DNA from: Nemertoderma westbladi
Taxonomy: Eukaryota > Animalia > Xenacoelomorpha
Direction: 5' to 3'
Assembly (NCBI GenBank): GCA_032718475.1
Contig: JAUCBJ010008197.1
Span: forward strand, 53,924-117,923
Length of the DNA: 64,000 bases
Both the position numbers and the translations under genes were made by a program. This document shows, piece by piece, positions 38,735 to 50,892 of the stretch. Each line of letters opens with the position of its first letter. Within the stretch, counting starts at the first letter, position 1. The notes under the pieces were generated by a model. The model was not told the origin of the DNA. It saw nothing but the letters and a program-made list of their open reading frames with translations, and did not search any database.

Positions 38735-40252
38735 ATGACTGAGTTGATAGAAGATGATCTTGGTATCAGGGAGCAATATACCCTACCATTGCAAGCGTTT
38801 GTTGATAGTTTAATAAGTGGCGACGCTAGTCAACCTACTATGGAGGATGATGGCCGTTATATCGAACCGCCAATGTCAAAGGAACAGCTCACGCGTGAAT
38901 TGGACTATAGAAAATTCACCGCTCGCTATACGCATCGTAATGGTACGTATATGGACTTCTTAACTACTGGTCATCCTATCGATTTACACGATACGGACGA
39001 TGTAGACACTGAAAGGGAAATGATTCTATTTAAATATCATACCCAGCGGAGTCGGAATGATAAACTGAGAATTGAACACGAAAATTCTATTCGAAACCGA
39101 CTCGAGAGAGAAGATGTTGAAGAGCCGGATAAACGCAATGACTTCAACGAATATTTGGTATTCTTAAGAGAAACATATCTCAATGTAGCCAGTCAGCAAA
39201 ATTTAGAAACTCGATATCCTCAAGGTATACATCATAACCCTATGATAGAACTCAAACGACTCTATTTCACTATGATGTATCTTACCGCCAATCGACCACT
39301 ACCTGTTGTACCGGATAGCTTCGAACAGATGGAGGAATATTGTAAAACTGGAGAAAGATCACCCGCCTTTCCCCTACAAGACGTGCGTCTTTGGTATTAT
39401 TGCGATGAATGCCCTAGACCCAACCAACAAACGGAAAGACATAAACATCCGCGGAGACGTTGCGCTAAACACAGTTTTACTCGCTATACTTACGGGAGTT
39501 TCGAGCGAAACTTGTTCGATGTATCACCCACGCTCGCTCGACTCAAACGATCCTTAAATAAACCGATGATCAGAGTTCCGGAATACTCGGTCAGACCTCC
39601 TCATTCCCTGGTGAGACCTCAGACTCTTGATCCTAATAGTATGACGGATCCTCCTGAACTGTACTTATTGTTCAAGGATCTAGTGTTACCCGAACAATTA
39701 GTCAGTGGCACTCCGGTTGTGGGCTCCCTAGATATTCGCCCATCCTACCTAGCCGGATTGGGACGCGGACATTTAATATCGCCGTTCAACCCGTATAATC
39801 GTCCCGGTTTAACCCCGATACAACCCGTCACCGAAGTGGAGGAGAGCGTTGTACGAAACGCGTTAGACGCTATTCGGCAAAAGATCGGAAAAGGAACTTA
39901 CGATTGTTTAGATAAACGTAAATTGCAGCAGCAAGTCCAAGCGGTAAAAGAATTAGCTTTACCTCAGTTCGATCGGGAAATCCAGAATCTCGAGGAAGAC
40001 ATCGAACTTGGACGAACCTACTCTCTGCAAGAGTTTTTGGACGAACGCTTCCAACGACAAGTGGAGGAAAATCAGCTCAAGGAGAAGCATATCGAAATGG
40101 ACGAGAGAGAAGAAGCAGCTTTAGCCCAGCCAGAAGCTCAAATCCTTATGACTGATCTCTATTCCAAAACCATTATTCATCCTTCAATGGTTCCCCATTT
40201 CGGAGACAAACTCTTCGCCACGGTACAACCCAACCGGTTGATATCAACCTAA
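38735..40252 (+). CDS. Bel-1 accessory ORF, 505 aa, unknown function (Cys/His cluster, acidic coiled coil)
   Basis: Uninterrupted ATG-started ORF between pol and 3' LTR; CDEC-x16-CAKH; no signal peptide or TM segment; overlapping open frame 40156-40584 may be a frameshifted continuation. Confidence 0.75.
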   Translation: MTELIEDDLGIREQYTLPLQAFVDSLISGDASQPTMEDDGRYIEPPMSKEQLTRELDYRKFTARYTHRNGTYMDFLTTGHPIDLHDTDDVDTEREMILFKYHTQRSRNDKLRIEHENSIRNRLEREDVEEPDKRNDFNEYLVFLRETYLNVASQQNLETRYPQGIHHNPMIELKRLYFTMMYLTANRPLPVVPDSFEQMEEYCKTGERSPAFPLQDVRLWYYCDECPRPNQQTERHKHPRRRCAKHSFTRYTYGSFERNLFDVSPTLARLKRSLNKPMIRVPEYSVRPPHSLVRPQTLDPNSMTDPPELYLLFKDLVLPEQLVSGTPVVGSLDIRPSYLAGLGRGHLISPFNPYNRPGLTPIQPVTEVEESVVRNALDAIRQKIGKGTYDCLDKRKLQQQVQAVKELALPQFDREIQNLEEDIELGRTYSLQEFLDERFQRQVEENQLKEKHIEMDEREEAALAQPEAQILMTDLYSKTIIHPSMVPHFGDKLFATVQPNRLIST

Positions 40253-40488
40253 GATCTAGAGATCTTATCGCTGACGCTCCTATGTTACGACGTCCGCCAA
40301 TCGAGGCCGCTCGTGTCGACGGTATACTCGTTGAACCTCCGGACAATCGAGCGGATCTTGTCCGTCGTATGGTACATGAGGTCAACCTACGCACTAGACC
40401 TTTACCGAACTCATCAACGCAATGCGCAGAATACTCTAAAATAGCCCTAAATTTATCCAACTACGCGACGGGAAGGAATTGGAGCTGG

Positions 40489-41528
40489 TGTGACGAGATC
40501 TATCAGCTGATTCTTTGTGGACGTGGAATTTTTCTTTGTTCTGCCTCATTCAGCCAATCAGAGCAATTTTCCCTTTATGTCTGACAGAGGCCTATGGAAA
40601 CCCGCGCAATGCATTACGGTCTTTGTTTACCTTTTTTCTGAGCCTCAGAACCAGCTCGGAATTCTCTGTGCTTCTGTGTGGAAGTTTCAGACTTTAGCAT
40701 AGGGACATCAGATGGCTTTGATTATAAGAACGTAAATCTATTACCCCACCTACCCAACCAACTAACCTACAAAACCAACCTACATATCAAACCACCCATC
40801 CGACCACTGATACTTCCCAAACCAAAACTGCAACACATACTGACTGTTCACCGCATTATTTTACCTTTGTTTACGGTCTGTTATTAATTGTTGTTATATT
40901 AATGGATATTGCTGTTATATTTGGAGAATACCGATAAATAATCATATAACCCCCAATCTTCTTGATTACTGAAGGTAAGAGGAACAGGTTTACCGGTAGC
41001 AACTGCGACTTACATAATATTGGTTTTGTGTGAATTAAATGCTATTTCATAATCCCTACGTGTGTCAGTTGCAATCCTCCTTATATATGATCAAATTCAG
41101 TGATGGTTGGCAGATTAGTGTGAAGTAGTGTGAAGTAGTGTGAAGGTAATAAAGCATCTCCTAAAGAATGCGCTATTTACAAAACTCTGTGGCCATCTAG
41201 TTGTGATTAGTATAAGTCATAACTCTGTCTTCATACTTAAAGCGCCACGTCCTAAAGGAACTGTTAATATTTCCCCGAAAGTAAATATATTTGTCAGAGA
41301 TTATATAGTAGTGATCAATCAAATAATACAGTAGGTCTACACTGCAATAATTCTCAAAGCATCCGAATCCAGTCTCCCAAAACCGTGGGTGATAGGTCGC
41401 GCACGGACTGGCTTCGGCTGATGTAACTTCAGTACATTAGGTAATTGTTAAATGCTAAAGTTGATTTATAAACAAGAGGACAACTAAAATTGGCAGGTTA
41501 AACTGCTAAAGGTCTAAAAGCGCGAACA
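40489..41528 (+). repeat. Bel-1 3' LTR (about 1040 bp)
   Basis: Homologous to Bel-3 LTR from about its base 205 to the shared end ..GCGCGAACA; begins TGTGACG after purine-rich GGAAGGAATTGGAGCTGG; left boundary inferred. Confidence 0.8.
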
Positions 41529-42985
41529 TCCTTTAAGATGCGTCTCAAGAAAGTCATGGGCTGTCCACCATGCTTATTCACTCCATGAGGCTGCCAAAGT
41601 ACAAGATTATGCATTGGCTGGTCTTCACGGCGAAGCAATGTCCTGCAAAGCGGAGGCGATTTTGTTCTAGTGTCAAGCTTGGGGAAACCAATGAGACACC
41701 TCCAATGTTATATAGTGTCTGGTTGGAGATGTGTGCATTGTACTTGACACAATGAACCCGGCGTAGCATTCTTGTGAATGTGCCATCCAGAGATTTGGTG
41801 TCCTCAGCAGTTAGAGCCCAGCATGGACTCCCATAGAGGAGTACTGGAACTACTGCTGCTCTAAATAACCGGACCTTAAGTTTCCGATTAATTCTCGGTG
41901 ACTTCCAAATCCTGGAAAGCCTATTCAAGGCTACCCATGCCTTTCCCTTACGTATTCGAAGGTCCTCACCTGACTTCCGGATCCATGATTCCAGGTAACA
42001 GAAGTCATCCACATGCTCAAGCATACCATCTTTTGAGCTTATGCTCATCCGATCAGAGACTTGCTGAGGACTTTCAAAGTTAACTGTCAAAATTTTGGTC
42101 TTTCTGGAGTTAATAAAAAGACCAACACTAGAAGCAGCATGTTCTAATGAGCTGAGGAGCCGTTGGGCTCCCTCTAGTGATTCTGAGAGTACTCCTAAGT
42201 CATCAGCAAAGTCTAGATCAGTTAGGTACTTGGCAGGATTTCCTCGACTTCTGGAGCCAGTAGGTGGAGTTATTATCACCCCATCATCATTATGATGATC
42301 TAAGGATATGCGTAGAACATAGTCAACAACAATTATGAACAAGAATGGTGCAAGTGTGTCTCCCTGGAGGACGCCCCATAACACTTCAAATGGTTCTGTG
42401 TCACCATCAACAGTAGACACAAATGTTGTCGAACCATCGTATACTGATCTGATTGCTGCAATAATTTCATAAGGAATCCCATATAATGAAAGTATGCTGA
42501 ACATACGTGAGCGAGAGACTGAATCAAAGGCCTTGAAGAAGTCAACAAAGATAACAGCCAGATGCCTGTCTTTCTTTTTTGATAACTCTTCAATTATCCT
42601 TCTAAGTGCCAAAATGGGCTCTATGGTCCCACGACCTTTATGGAACCCATTCTGATTTCCACGGAGCAGTCTCTCAATGGGATCCCTGATGCGATTTAAT
42701 AGAATTCTATTGTATAGTTTTGCAGCAATCGAGATCAATGAGATTCCCCGAAAAGAACCATAGAGTGTTAGGTTGCCCTTCGTGGGAATTGGCACCAACT
42801 TATTTGTTTTCATTTCTTGAGGGACTCTTGTTGTACGGTACATGTCTACTATGATGGGATAGATGAGCTTTAAACACTCAGGTATTTTTGAGCTTTAAAC
42901 ACTCAGGTATTTTAAAGACCTCAGGGGGAACACCATCTACTCTACTGGCACGATTTGTCTTAATGCTCTTTGCAGCAGCTCTTAA
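41529..42985 (-). mobile_element. RTE-clade LINE RT fragment (same family as 8793-10186), cut by Bel-1
   Basis: 421-aa ORF 41578-42843 with FVDFFKAFDS, GVLQGDTLAPFLF, DFADD; near-identical to 9458-10049. Confidence 0.92.
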
Positions 42986-44500
42986 CCTAAACAATAAACG
43001 ATAAAATTACCAATTGAGAGAAAGGAGCAGGTTACAGACAGAGGCGGGCCTTTCTAACCAAAACAATAAACAGTCACTTTACCAATTCAGGGAAAGGAGC
43101 AGGTTTACAGAGGCGGGATTTTCTAACCAAAACAATAAACTATGTCATGAACATAACAATAAACTATGTCATGAACATTTGAGGGAATGGGACAGCTTAA
43201 AGAGACTTTGGCCTATTAATTATTTAAAATGGAAGAAGTCACAAATACTGTTTATGAAAATTGAGATTGAAAGAACGTCTTTTTTATCAAATGCGCTAAC
43301 AGCTTCGCTCGCGTTTCTTTGCATTTTGTACTGTTAGAATGAAAAAATTTCGCTCACTTTGAGTTTTGCTCGCATTTCTTTATCATTTTGCACTGTTAGA
43401 ATTAAAAAATTTCGCTCACTTTGAGTTTGCTCGCGTTTCTTTTTCATTTTGCACTGTTAGGATGAAACAATTTCGCTCACTTTGAGTTTTGCTCGCGTTT
43501 CTTTTTCATTTTGCAATGTTAGAATGAAAAAATTTCGCTCACTTTGAGTTTTGCTCGCGTTTCTTTTTCATTTTGCACTGTTAGAATGAAAAAATTTCGC
43601 TCACTTTGAGTTTTGCTCGCGTTTCTTTTTCATTTTGCACTGTTAGAATGAAAAAATTTCGCTCACTTTGAGTTTTGCTCGCGTTTCTTTTTCATTTTGC
43701 AATGTTAATGAAAAAGTTTTGCTCGCCTCGCTCGCGTATGTTTTTCGTTTACATTGTTAAAATGCGGTGTAAGCGTTTTTCGGTGCATGCGCGGTATATT
43801 GTCCAATATTGCGCGGATGAAAAATTGTGCGCAGGCGTTGTGCGCGGTTCAGTGATGGTTTGCAGCCTGGCTGTCTGACTGTAGAACAGTCTATTTTATT
43901 TATAGAGTATGAAAAACCTATAAACTAGAAATAATTATACAGCAGTACTGCGATACGGGCTCTATCCAGTCTGCCAGTTTTGGGGGCATTTCAGAGTTCC
44001 TGTAGGCCGATTCATCTGACTGTCTGACTGTTGATTCTCAATTAAATTTTGTTTTATATTCTACAATATTCCTAACTCTCATTTATCAGTTTATTGTTTT
44101 GGTTCGTTTCAACTCACCTCTGTAACCTGCTCCTTTACCTACCTGCCTGGGAGGTTTTGGAGACCCACAAACAGGATAATCCCGCGATACATATTATATT
44201 ATGATGTCAGTATGTAATGTCGTAAAATTATGGTCTTAGTTGTAGTATACATTTTCAATAGCATTCTGTAATAAGCTCCTTTCCTTCAATAGGTAACAAA
44301 TATCGTGTATAATTGTTTTGGCTAGAAAAGCCCGCCTTTGTAACCAGCTCCTTTCCTGTATTGTTATATAACAAGATCGCTTATTGTATTGGTTAGAATA
44401 GCCTGGCTCTGTAACCTGTTCCTTTCCCGCAATTGGTATCGGGGTCGTTTATTGTTTTGGTTACAAAACCAGCCTCTGTAAAAGCTATTCCATCAATTGG
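42985..44500. repeat. Inverted arrays of a ~70-bp unit (MITE/foldback-like) flanking a minisatellite
   Basis: AAACAATAAAC..AAAGGAGCAGGTTACAGAGGCGGG units at 42985-43140 recur reverse-complemented at 44090-44500. Confidence 0.55.
43300..43730. repeat. 62-bp minisatellite, about 7 copies
   Basis: Unit GCACTGTTAGAATGAAAAAATTTCGCTCACTTTGAGTTTTGCTCGCGTTTCTTTTTCATTTT. Confidence 0.9.
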
Positions 44501-45409
44501 CATTGTCGGACTACAGTAAGAAAGGTACGGTACCGGTACGTATAGTATTATGGGTAATTATTTTTACACTAGCTATGACGCCTATGGTCTAGCCCCTTTC
44601 ATAATATGACAAGGGTCTGACAGTGCCAAAACTACAGTCGCAGTTGTACACTGTACATTAATATACAGTGTACAATACTGCAATACACTGTACAGTGTGT
44701 TGTAATGGAAAGATGACAATTTGAATTAACCTCAGATCGAATTAGAAGCGAATTATATTATATATTGAATATTGTGAAATTAATTGCTTCATCTATACCT
44801 ATAAAAATCAAATTATGTCTGTCTCTCTCTCTCTCATAGGGGCATCCAATCAAAGCATCATATGAGCCAACTCCTCATCATCGGACCAATACCAACATTC
44901 CTAAAGTTAGGCATCTCCCTTATTGGCTATATAATGTAAAGGTTAATGGAAAATTCCACTGATATATAATCCAAGTGTCAACTACGAATCCGGGGCTCAT
45001 TATAACAACCTATACTGGACAGAGCAACGTATTTGGGACAAGAGCTGGTTGAGGTATATGTACAGTGGAAATTCCCATTCTAAATAAGGGCATTTGGAAT
45101 ACTTGTTCCCTAGTTATGGTTAAAGATATACTGTGGGTGCCTTGCAAATGGCCTGTAAGACTGTGATGCATTATAGGCTATAGTGTCATCATAGTCACGT
45201 TATTTAATTTCATGTGCAATTTATTCATATTGTGCAATTTATTCATGTTGTGCAATTTATTCATTGTGCAATTTATTCATGTTGTGCAATTTATTCACTT
45301 ATAATAAATCTAAATACATGTGTATAATAATAATTAAATGGCAATCAAATTATTGATATCGCAACCTCATCCCCCAGACTCAACTTCATCCCAAATAGTC
45401 CTTAATAAG

Positions 45410-45750
45410 TCTTAAATTTGACTCAAATAGGTTGTTTGTGTCCCATATAGGGTGTTTGTGTCCCAAATAGCGTGTGACTTTCTCAAAATGATTTTAAATA
45501 GTTTCTAAATCTCATGGAATACTCAAAAGAATATAGAATTCACTACCATAGGTTTGATTTCAATTTGTCCCAAATGGTTGTTTTAGTCCCATATAGGGTG
45601 TTTGTGTACCGTATAGGATGTGAATTGCTTATAATGATTTCAAATATTTTCTAAATGTAATGGAATACTCAAAAGAATATAGAATTCACTATCATAGCTT
45701 TAATTTAAATTTGTCCCAAATAGGTTGTTTATGTCCCATATAGGGTGTTT
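45410..45750. repeat. Degenerate ~150-bp tandem repeat
   Basis: CCAAATAGGTTGTTT..GTCCCATATAGGGTGTTT recurs three times; GGAATACTCAAAAGAATATAGAATTCACTA twice. Confidence 0.7.
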
Positions 45751-46260
45751 CAGTGCTTCTGTGTCACAATATAACAATCCAATGCCAGCAACGATTACTT
45801 CTGGTATTCCATAAGCTCTTAGGATTTCAAGCATTTTACCTCTATGGATGGAGTCGAATGCCTTCTTGAAGTCCACAAAAGTCATGACTGCTGGGAGATC
45901 CTTTGACTTAATTCCTTCAATCAGTCTCCGTAGGGCAAGTATCTGAGCTATTATTGATCTATTTGGTCGAAATCCGTTTTGGCTCTTACGCAGTGGTATA
46001 CTGAGGTCTCCTTTCTTGGGGAGAGGCTTTAGTTGACCTTTCGTCCAAATTGGTGGAGGCTTTTCCCCTTTTAACATCCGGTTGCAAACATTCAATAATG
46101 ATCTGTTTAGCACTCCTGTTTTCCATACCTCCGCTGGAATTTCATCTAATCCACTCGCTTTATTATTGGACATGCTTTTAATGCTTCTTTGGAGTTCGGC
46201 AGGTGTGAAGTCCCCTGTCTCTATAGGTAGTGTCTTGTCATCTGTATATTTTCCTTGTAG
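45750..46260 (-). pseudogene. Second RTE-like LINE RT fragment (different family)
   Basis: KASGLDEIPAEVWK, PLPKKGDL, QNGFRPNRS, FVDFKKAFDSIHR; internal deletion after KGDLSIP. Confidence 0.85.
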
Positions 46261-46765
46261 GGCTGACCTCGATGTTTGGTGGCTGCCCAAGCAAGTTGCT
46301 GAAGTGATTTTTCCACTTCCCAACACGTTCTTCAGGACTATCGGCTTTGAGGCGCCCCTTTGCACAACTTTTCCGACCAGATACCTCATTCACAGTTTGC
46401 CAGGTAAGTCTTGATTGTTGCTGTATATGAGCAGTTGTAATTGCTTCTCCCCAGTTGTAATTGTAATCTCAGCAGTGCAGTGCAAGGTGCGAATTACTGA
46501 CTTAAAGTGAATAAACAAATGTAAAATCTTTCGGTATCTTCCGCGTATATGGTGGAAAATACTCTGAGCCAGCGTATTTACCTACATGCCTAAACCTTTA
46601 CCTTCCGCGTAAATTCGGAGCAATTCCATTCTGGCAGCTACAGGTTGACAAGTATGGTACTGAGGTGAGGTAGGCCCCTACAGTATCATACTCCTGTACT
46701 CTTCTTAGATCTTAGCTACAGCAGTACACGCAGCACGCAGTCATACAGTCATAGGCCTAGTTAAC

Positions 46766-47782
46766 ATGATTGCTATCAATGGTAGGACCCTCGTTAGACG
46801 AGCCGCAATACCGGTAAGCAGTAGAAACGGCACCATTACAAGGAACATCAGCAACATATTGAATTACTCGAAGACAAATGGAGGGGACCGAGTGAGACTT
46901 GTAGAAGTTGGACCCCGAGATGGCCTGCAGAACGAAGCAGTCACTGTACCAACTGACACCAAAGTAGAGTTCATTAATAGACTCAGCAAATGCGGCTTCC
47001 CTGTAATAGAAGCGACGAGTTTTGTGTCGCCTAAATGGATTCCTCAGTTATCCGACAATAAAGAGGTGATGAATAGGATAATTCGAGAATCTGGGACTAG
47101 TTATTCCGTACTCGTTCCTAATGCTAAGGGTTTACAGGCTGCCGTGGATTCCCGTTCCACTCATATGTTCCTGGGTTGTTCCCCGTCAGAGTCCTTTACT
47201 AAGCGGAACGTAAACGCCACTGTGGCGGACAGTTTGGTGCAGTGCAAGGCGTTGGTGGATGCGGGGAAGAAGCTGGGTATATATACGAGGGGCTACGTGT
47301 CCACGGTTATAGGATGTCCGTACGAGGGTCCCATTAAACCGAAGGCAGTCGCCGAACTCGCTGCCAAGTTATACGAGATGGGATGCGATGAGATCTCTTT
47401 AGGCGATACGATAGGCGTGGGGACTGCAGGGACATTCAACAAGTTGCTTACCGAGGTGCTGTCCGCAGTACCGGTATCTCTACTCGCACTGCATTGTCAC
47501 GATACCTACGGACAGGCGTTGGTTAACATACTGGTTGGGTTGGAGGCGGGTATTCGCACTGTGGATAGTTCGGTGGCCGGGTTGGGCGGCTGTCCTTACG
47601 CGAAAGGCGCCTCCGGTAACGTAGCAACCGAGGACGTGGTCTATTTGCTGGATGGGTTGGGGTTGGAGACCGGGGTCGACGTCAATGGCGTTACCGATGT
47701 CGGCCAGTGGATCTGCGGCGAGTTGCGGAGGAATAACGCAAGCGCTACAGCTAATGCGATCATCGCTAAGCGGAAATCCTAA
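46766..47782 (+). CDS. HMGCL: Hydroxymethylglutaryl-CoA lyase, mitochondrial (intronless)
   Basis: EVGPRDGLQNE, TSFVSPKWIPQ, EISLGDTIG, HCHDTYGQA, GLGGCPYAKGASGNVATED; Arg-rich, acid-free N-terminal presequence. Confidence 0.96.
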   Translation: MIAINGRTLVRRAAIPVSSRNGTITRNISNILNYSKTNGGDRVRLVEVGPRDGLQNEAVTVPTDTKVEFINRLSKCGFPVIEATSFVSPKWIPQLSDNKEVMNRIIRESGTSYSVLVPNAKGLQAAVDSRSTHMFLGCSPSESFTKRNVNATVADSLVQCKALVDAGKKLGIYTRGYVSTVIGCPYEGPIKPKAVAELAAKLYEMGCDEISLGDTIGVGTAGTFNKLLTEVLSAVPVSLLALHCHDTYGQALVNILVGLEAGIRTVDSSVAGLGGCPYAKGASGNVATEDVVYLLDGLGLETGVDVNGVTDVGQWICGELRRNNASATANAIIAKRKS

Positions 47783-48101
47783 AGTACCTGGCCCGAAATT
47801 AAGAAACTGAAAGTAATAATTTATAATGATCACAAATATTTAAGATTCTTAATTCTTGAGCGATATAACAATTTTTATAAATTTTCGTGCTTTTCGGTTG
47901 TAGGTTTTGTTTTGTTTTTCAGGATCCATCGTAAACGCCATTATTCCGCACTTTCGCAGCGCACAAATTATCTAATCGTCTTTCAGAAAACTTTATATTA
48001 TTTACTCATTAGTTACCCTCACTAAGTTTCTCTACGTTAATCTTAATTCTGGAATCTGGAAAACCTACCAACAATTAAAATGAATAGAATCTGTTTGATT
48101 G

Positions 48102-49743
48102 ACTTACTATACAATTTAATATACAACTTACTATACAACTTACTATACAACTTATATACAAATTACTATACAACTTATTATACAACTTATTATACAACTT
48201 ATTATACAACTTATTATACAACTTACTATACAACTTACTATACAACTTACTATACAACTTACTATACAACTTACTATACAACTTACTATTTACTATACAA
48301 CTTACTATACAACTTACTATACAACTTACTATACAAATTACTATACAAATTACTATACAACTTACTATACAACTTACTATACAACTTACTATACAACTTA
48401 CTATACAAATTACTATACAAATTACTATACAAATTACTATACAACTTACTATACAAATTTCTATACAAATTACTATACAAATTACTATACAACTTACTAT
48501 ACAACGTACTATACAACTTACTATACAATTTAATATACAACTTACTATACAACTTACTATACAACTTATTATACAACTTACTATACAACTTACTATACAA
48601 CTTACTATACAACTTACTATACAACTTACTATACAAATTACTATACAACTTACTATACAACTTACTATACAACTTACTATACAAATTACTATACAAATTA
48701 CTATACAAATTACTATACAACTTACTATACAACGTACTATACAACTTACTATACAATTTAATATACAACTTACTATACAACTTACTATACAAATTACTAT
48801 ACAAATTACTATACAACTTACTATACAACTTACTATACAACTTACTATACAACTTACTATACAAATTACTATACAACTTACTATACAACTTACTATACAA
48901 CTTACTATACAAATTACTATACAAATTACTATACAAATTACTATACAACTTACTATACAACTTACTATACAACTTACTATACAACTTACTATACAACTTA
49001 CTATACAATTTAATATACAACTTACTATACAACTTACTATACAACTTATTATACAACTTACTATACAACTTACTATACAACTTACTATACAACTTACTAT
49101 ACAACTTACTATACAACTTACTATTTACTATACAACTTACTATACAACTTACTATACAACTTACTATACAAATTACTATACAAATTACTATACAAATTAC
49201 TATACAACTTACTATACAACTTACTATACAACTTACTATACAACTTATTATACAACTTACTATACAAATTACTATACAAATTACTATACAAATTACTATA
49301 CAACTTACTATACAACTTACTATACAACTTACTATACAACTTATTATACAACTTACTATACAACTTACTATACAACTTACTATACAACGTACTATACAAC
49401 TTACTATACAACTTATACAACTTACTATACAACTTACTATACAACTTACTATACAACGTACTATACAACTTACTATACAATTTAATATACAACTTACTAT
49501 ACAACTTACTATACAACTTATTATACAACTTACTATACAACTTACTATACAACTTACTATACAACTAACTATACAACTTACTATACAACTTACTATACAA
49601 ATTACTATACAACTTACTATACAAATTACTATACAAATTACTATACAACTTACTATACAACTTACTATACAACTTACTATACAACTTACTATACAACGTA
49701 CTATACAAATTACTATACAATTTAATATACAACTTACTATACT
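48102..49743. repeat. 12-bp satellite (ACTTACTATACA)n, about 1.64 kb
   Basis: Highly regular 12-mer with recurring variants and higher-order blocks; plus strand almost devoid of G. Confidence 0.97.
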
Positions 49744-49764
49744 GGTAAGTATAGTAATACTTAC

Positions 49765-50756
49765 TAGAGTTGAAACAGAGACATGTCACTGATCTCTGAT
49801 CTCTGGATTCTCCGGGCTATTTTTTGGTCTCCGGATAGGTCTCTGGTTCCCGGGTATTGAAAACATACATTTTACCCAGAGATCAGTGATTTTACAAATT
49901 AGAAATAGATATTTTAAAATAGATCCTGTGCAACACAAAATGTGAAATGAAGATAATTTTTCACAAATTTTTTACAATAAATTATTTCCTTATATTAATT
50001 TTTAACTATTTTTCATACACCACTTCAACACAATTATATATTCACTTTTACACTATTTCTATTTCTAATAAATGTACCGATAATCTTCTTATTAATTAAT
50101 TTAAGGTTCGTTTATTTTTAATTTAAATTAGCACCTAAAGATGGTTCTTATTTAAGGAAAAGGGCGCTTAATTTGAGCACCCATAATGTTTAAAAGTGAA
50201 AGAAAGGGCTGATCTCCATTCAACTTGTTTTAGGATAGATAATATGACGACCAAATGGAGAGAATGAGCGTAAAGAGGCTTGTAAATGGGGCGAGTAGAG
50301 TACTATACCTGGGTGCACTAAGTATTCGTAAATGATTAAGTTTATAGTATATTGATATGTTTATGATTTGAACAATTGTAAAATAAGTGCCTTTAATTAA
50401 CAAAGTACCGGTACCTATGGGCCAAAACAAATTAATGTAACATATGAATAAAAAACAAAATAATACGAATTAATAAACAAATAACCAAATTAATATTAAT
50501 TAAGCCCCCCAAACTGTACGTGCGCTTATTTTCTTACAATGGGTCAGGGTTGAAATGGGTTGGATTTACTGTAATTCAACCATAGTAAAATAGTTATCAG
50601 TCTTTATGTGTACCTGTTTGTGCTATAGGGGAGTAATAAAATTGTAATCAAAGTCTCTGATCTCCGGCTCTGGTCTCCGGTATTTTTCAAAATAATTCTC
50701 CGGGTAGGTCTCTGGTTTACCGGGATTAAGAAAAACAGGTCTCTGTTTCAACTCTA
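49765..50756. mobile_element. hAT-type non-autonomous DNA transposon (992 bp)
   Basis: 17-bp TIR TAGAGTTGAAACAGAGA and 8-bp TSD ATACTTAC (49757-49764 / 50757-50764). Confidence 0.9.
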
Positions 50757-50764
50757 ATACTTAC

Positions 50765-50892
50765 TATACTGTAAATAACTGGTACTCATTTTATCGACCC
50801 CAGTGGATGAAAGGCTGAGTGGACCCTGGCGGGGCTGAACCTACAACCATTAGATTCCAGGCCCGGCGCTCAACCAACTGAGTTACCCCGCC
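50765..50892 (-). mobile_element. tRNA-derived SINE with Meta-like core (MetaSINE-like)
   Basis: Head GGCGGGGTAACTCAGTTGGTTGAGCG..GGTTCAGCCCC followed by ACTCAGCCTTTCATCC..GGTCGATAAAATGAGTACCAG, recognised from memory as a widespread metazoan SINE core. Confidence 0.7.

Larger units (their letters stand above)
1..41528 (+). mobile_element. Bel/Pao LTR retrotransposon 'Bel-1' (5' end outside window), decayed, host of nested insertions
   Basis: gag (4-1083, resuming 18467), PR-RT-RNaseH (to 22019), integrase (35344-37024) and 3' LTR ending ...GCGCGAACA at 41528 rejoin into one element once the TSD-flanked insertions are removed; inserted into an RTE LINE. Confidence 0.9.

Noticed and set aside
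38735-40252. env gene
   Set aside because: No signal peptide, transmembrane anchor or glycoprotein-like Cys pattern.
43300-43730. CRISPR-like array (also considered for 51160-54590 and 58221-61081)
   Set aside because: Head-to-tail repeats without unique spacers, no cas genes, eukaryotic context.
48075-49792. Long ORFs (570 aa etc.) or a telomeric array
   Set aside because: Translations of a stop-free 12-mer; the unit lacks the G-runs of known telomere repeats and is interstitial.
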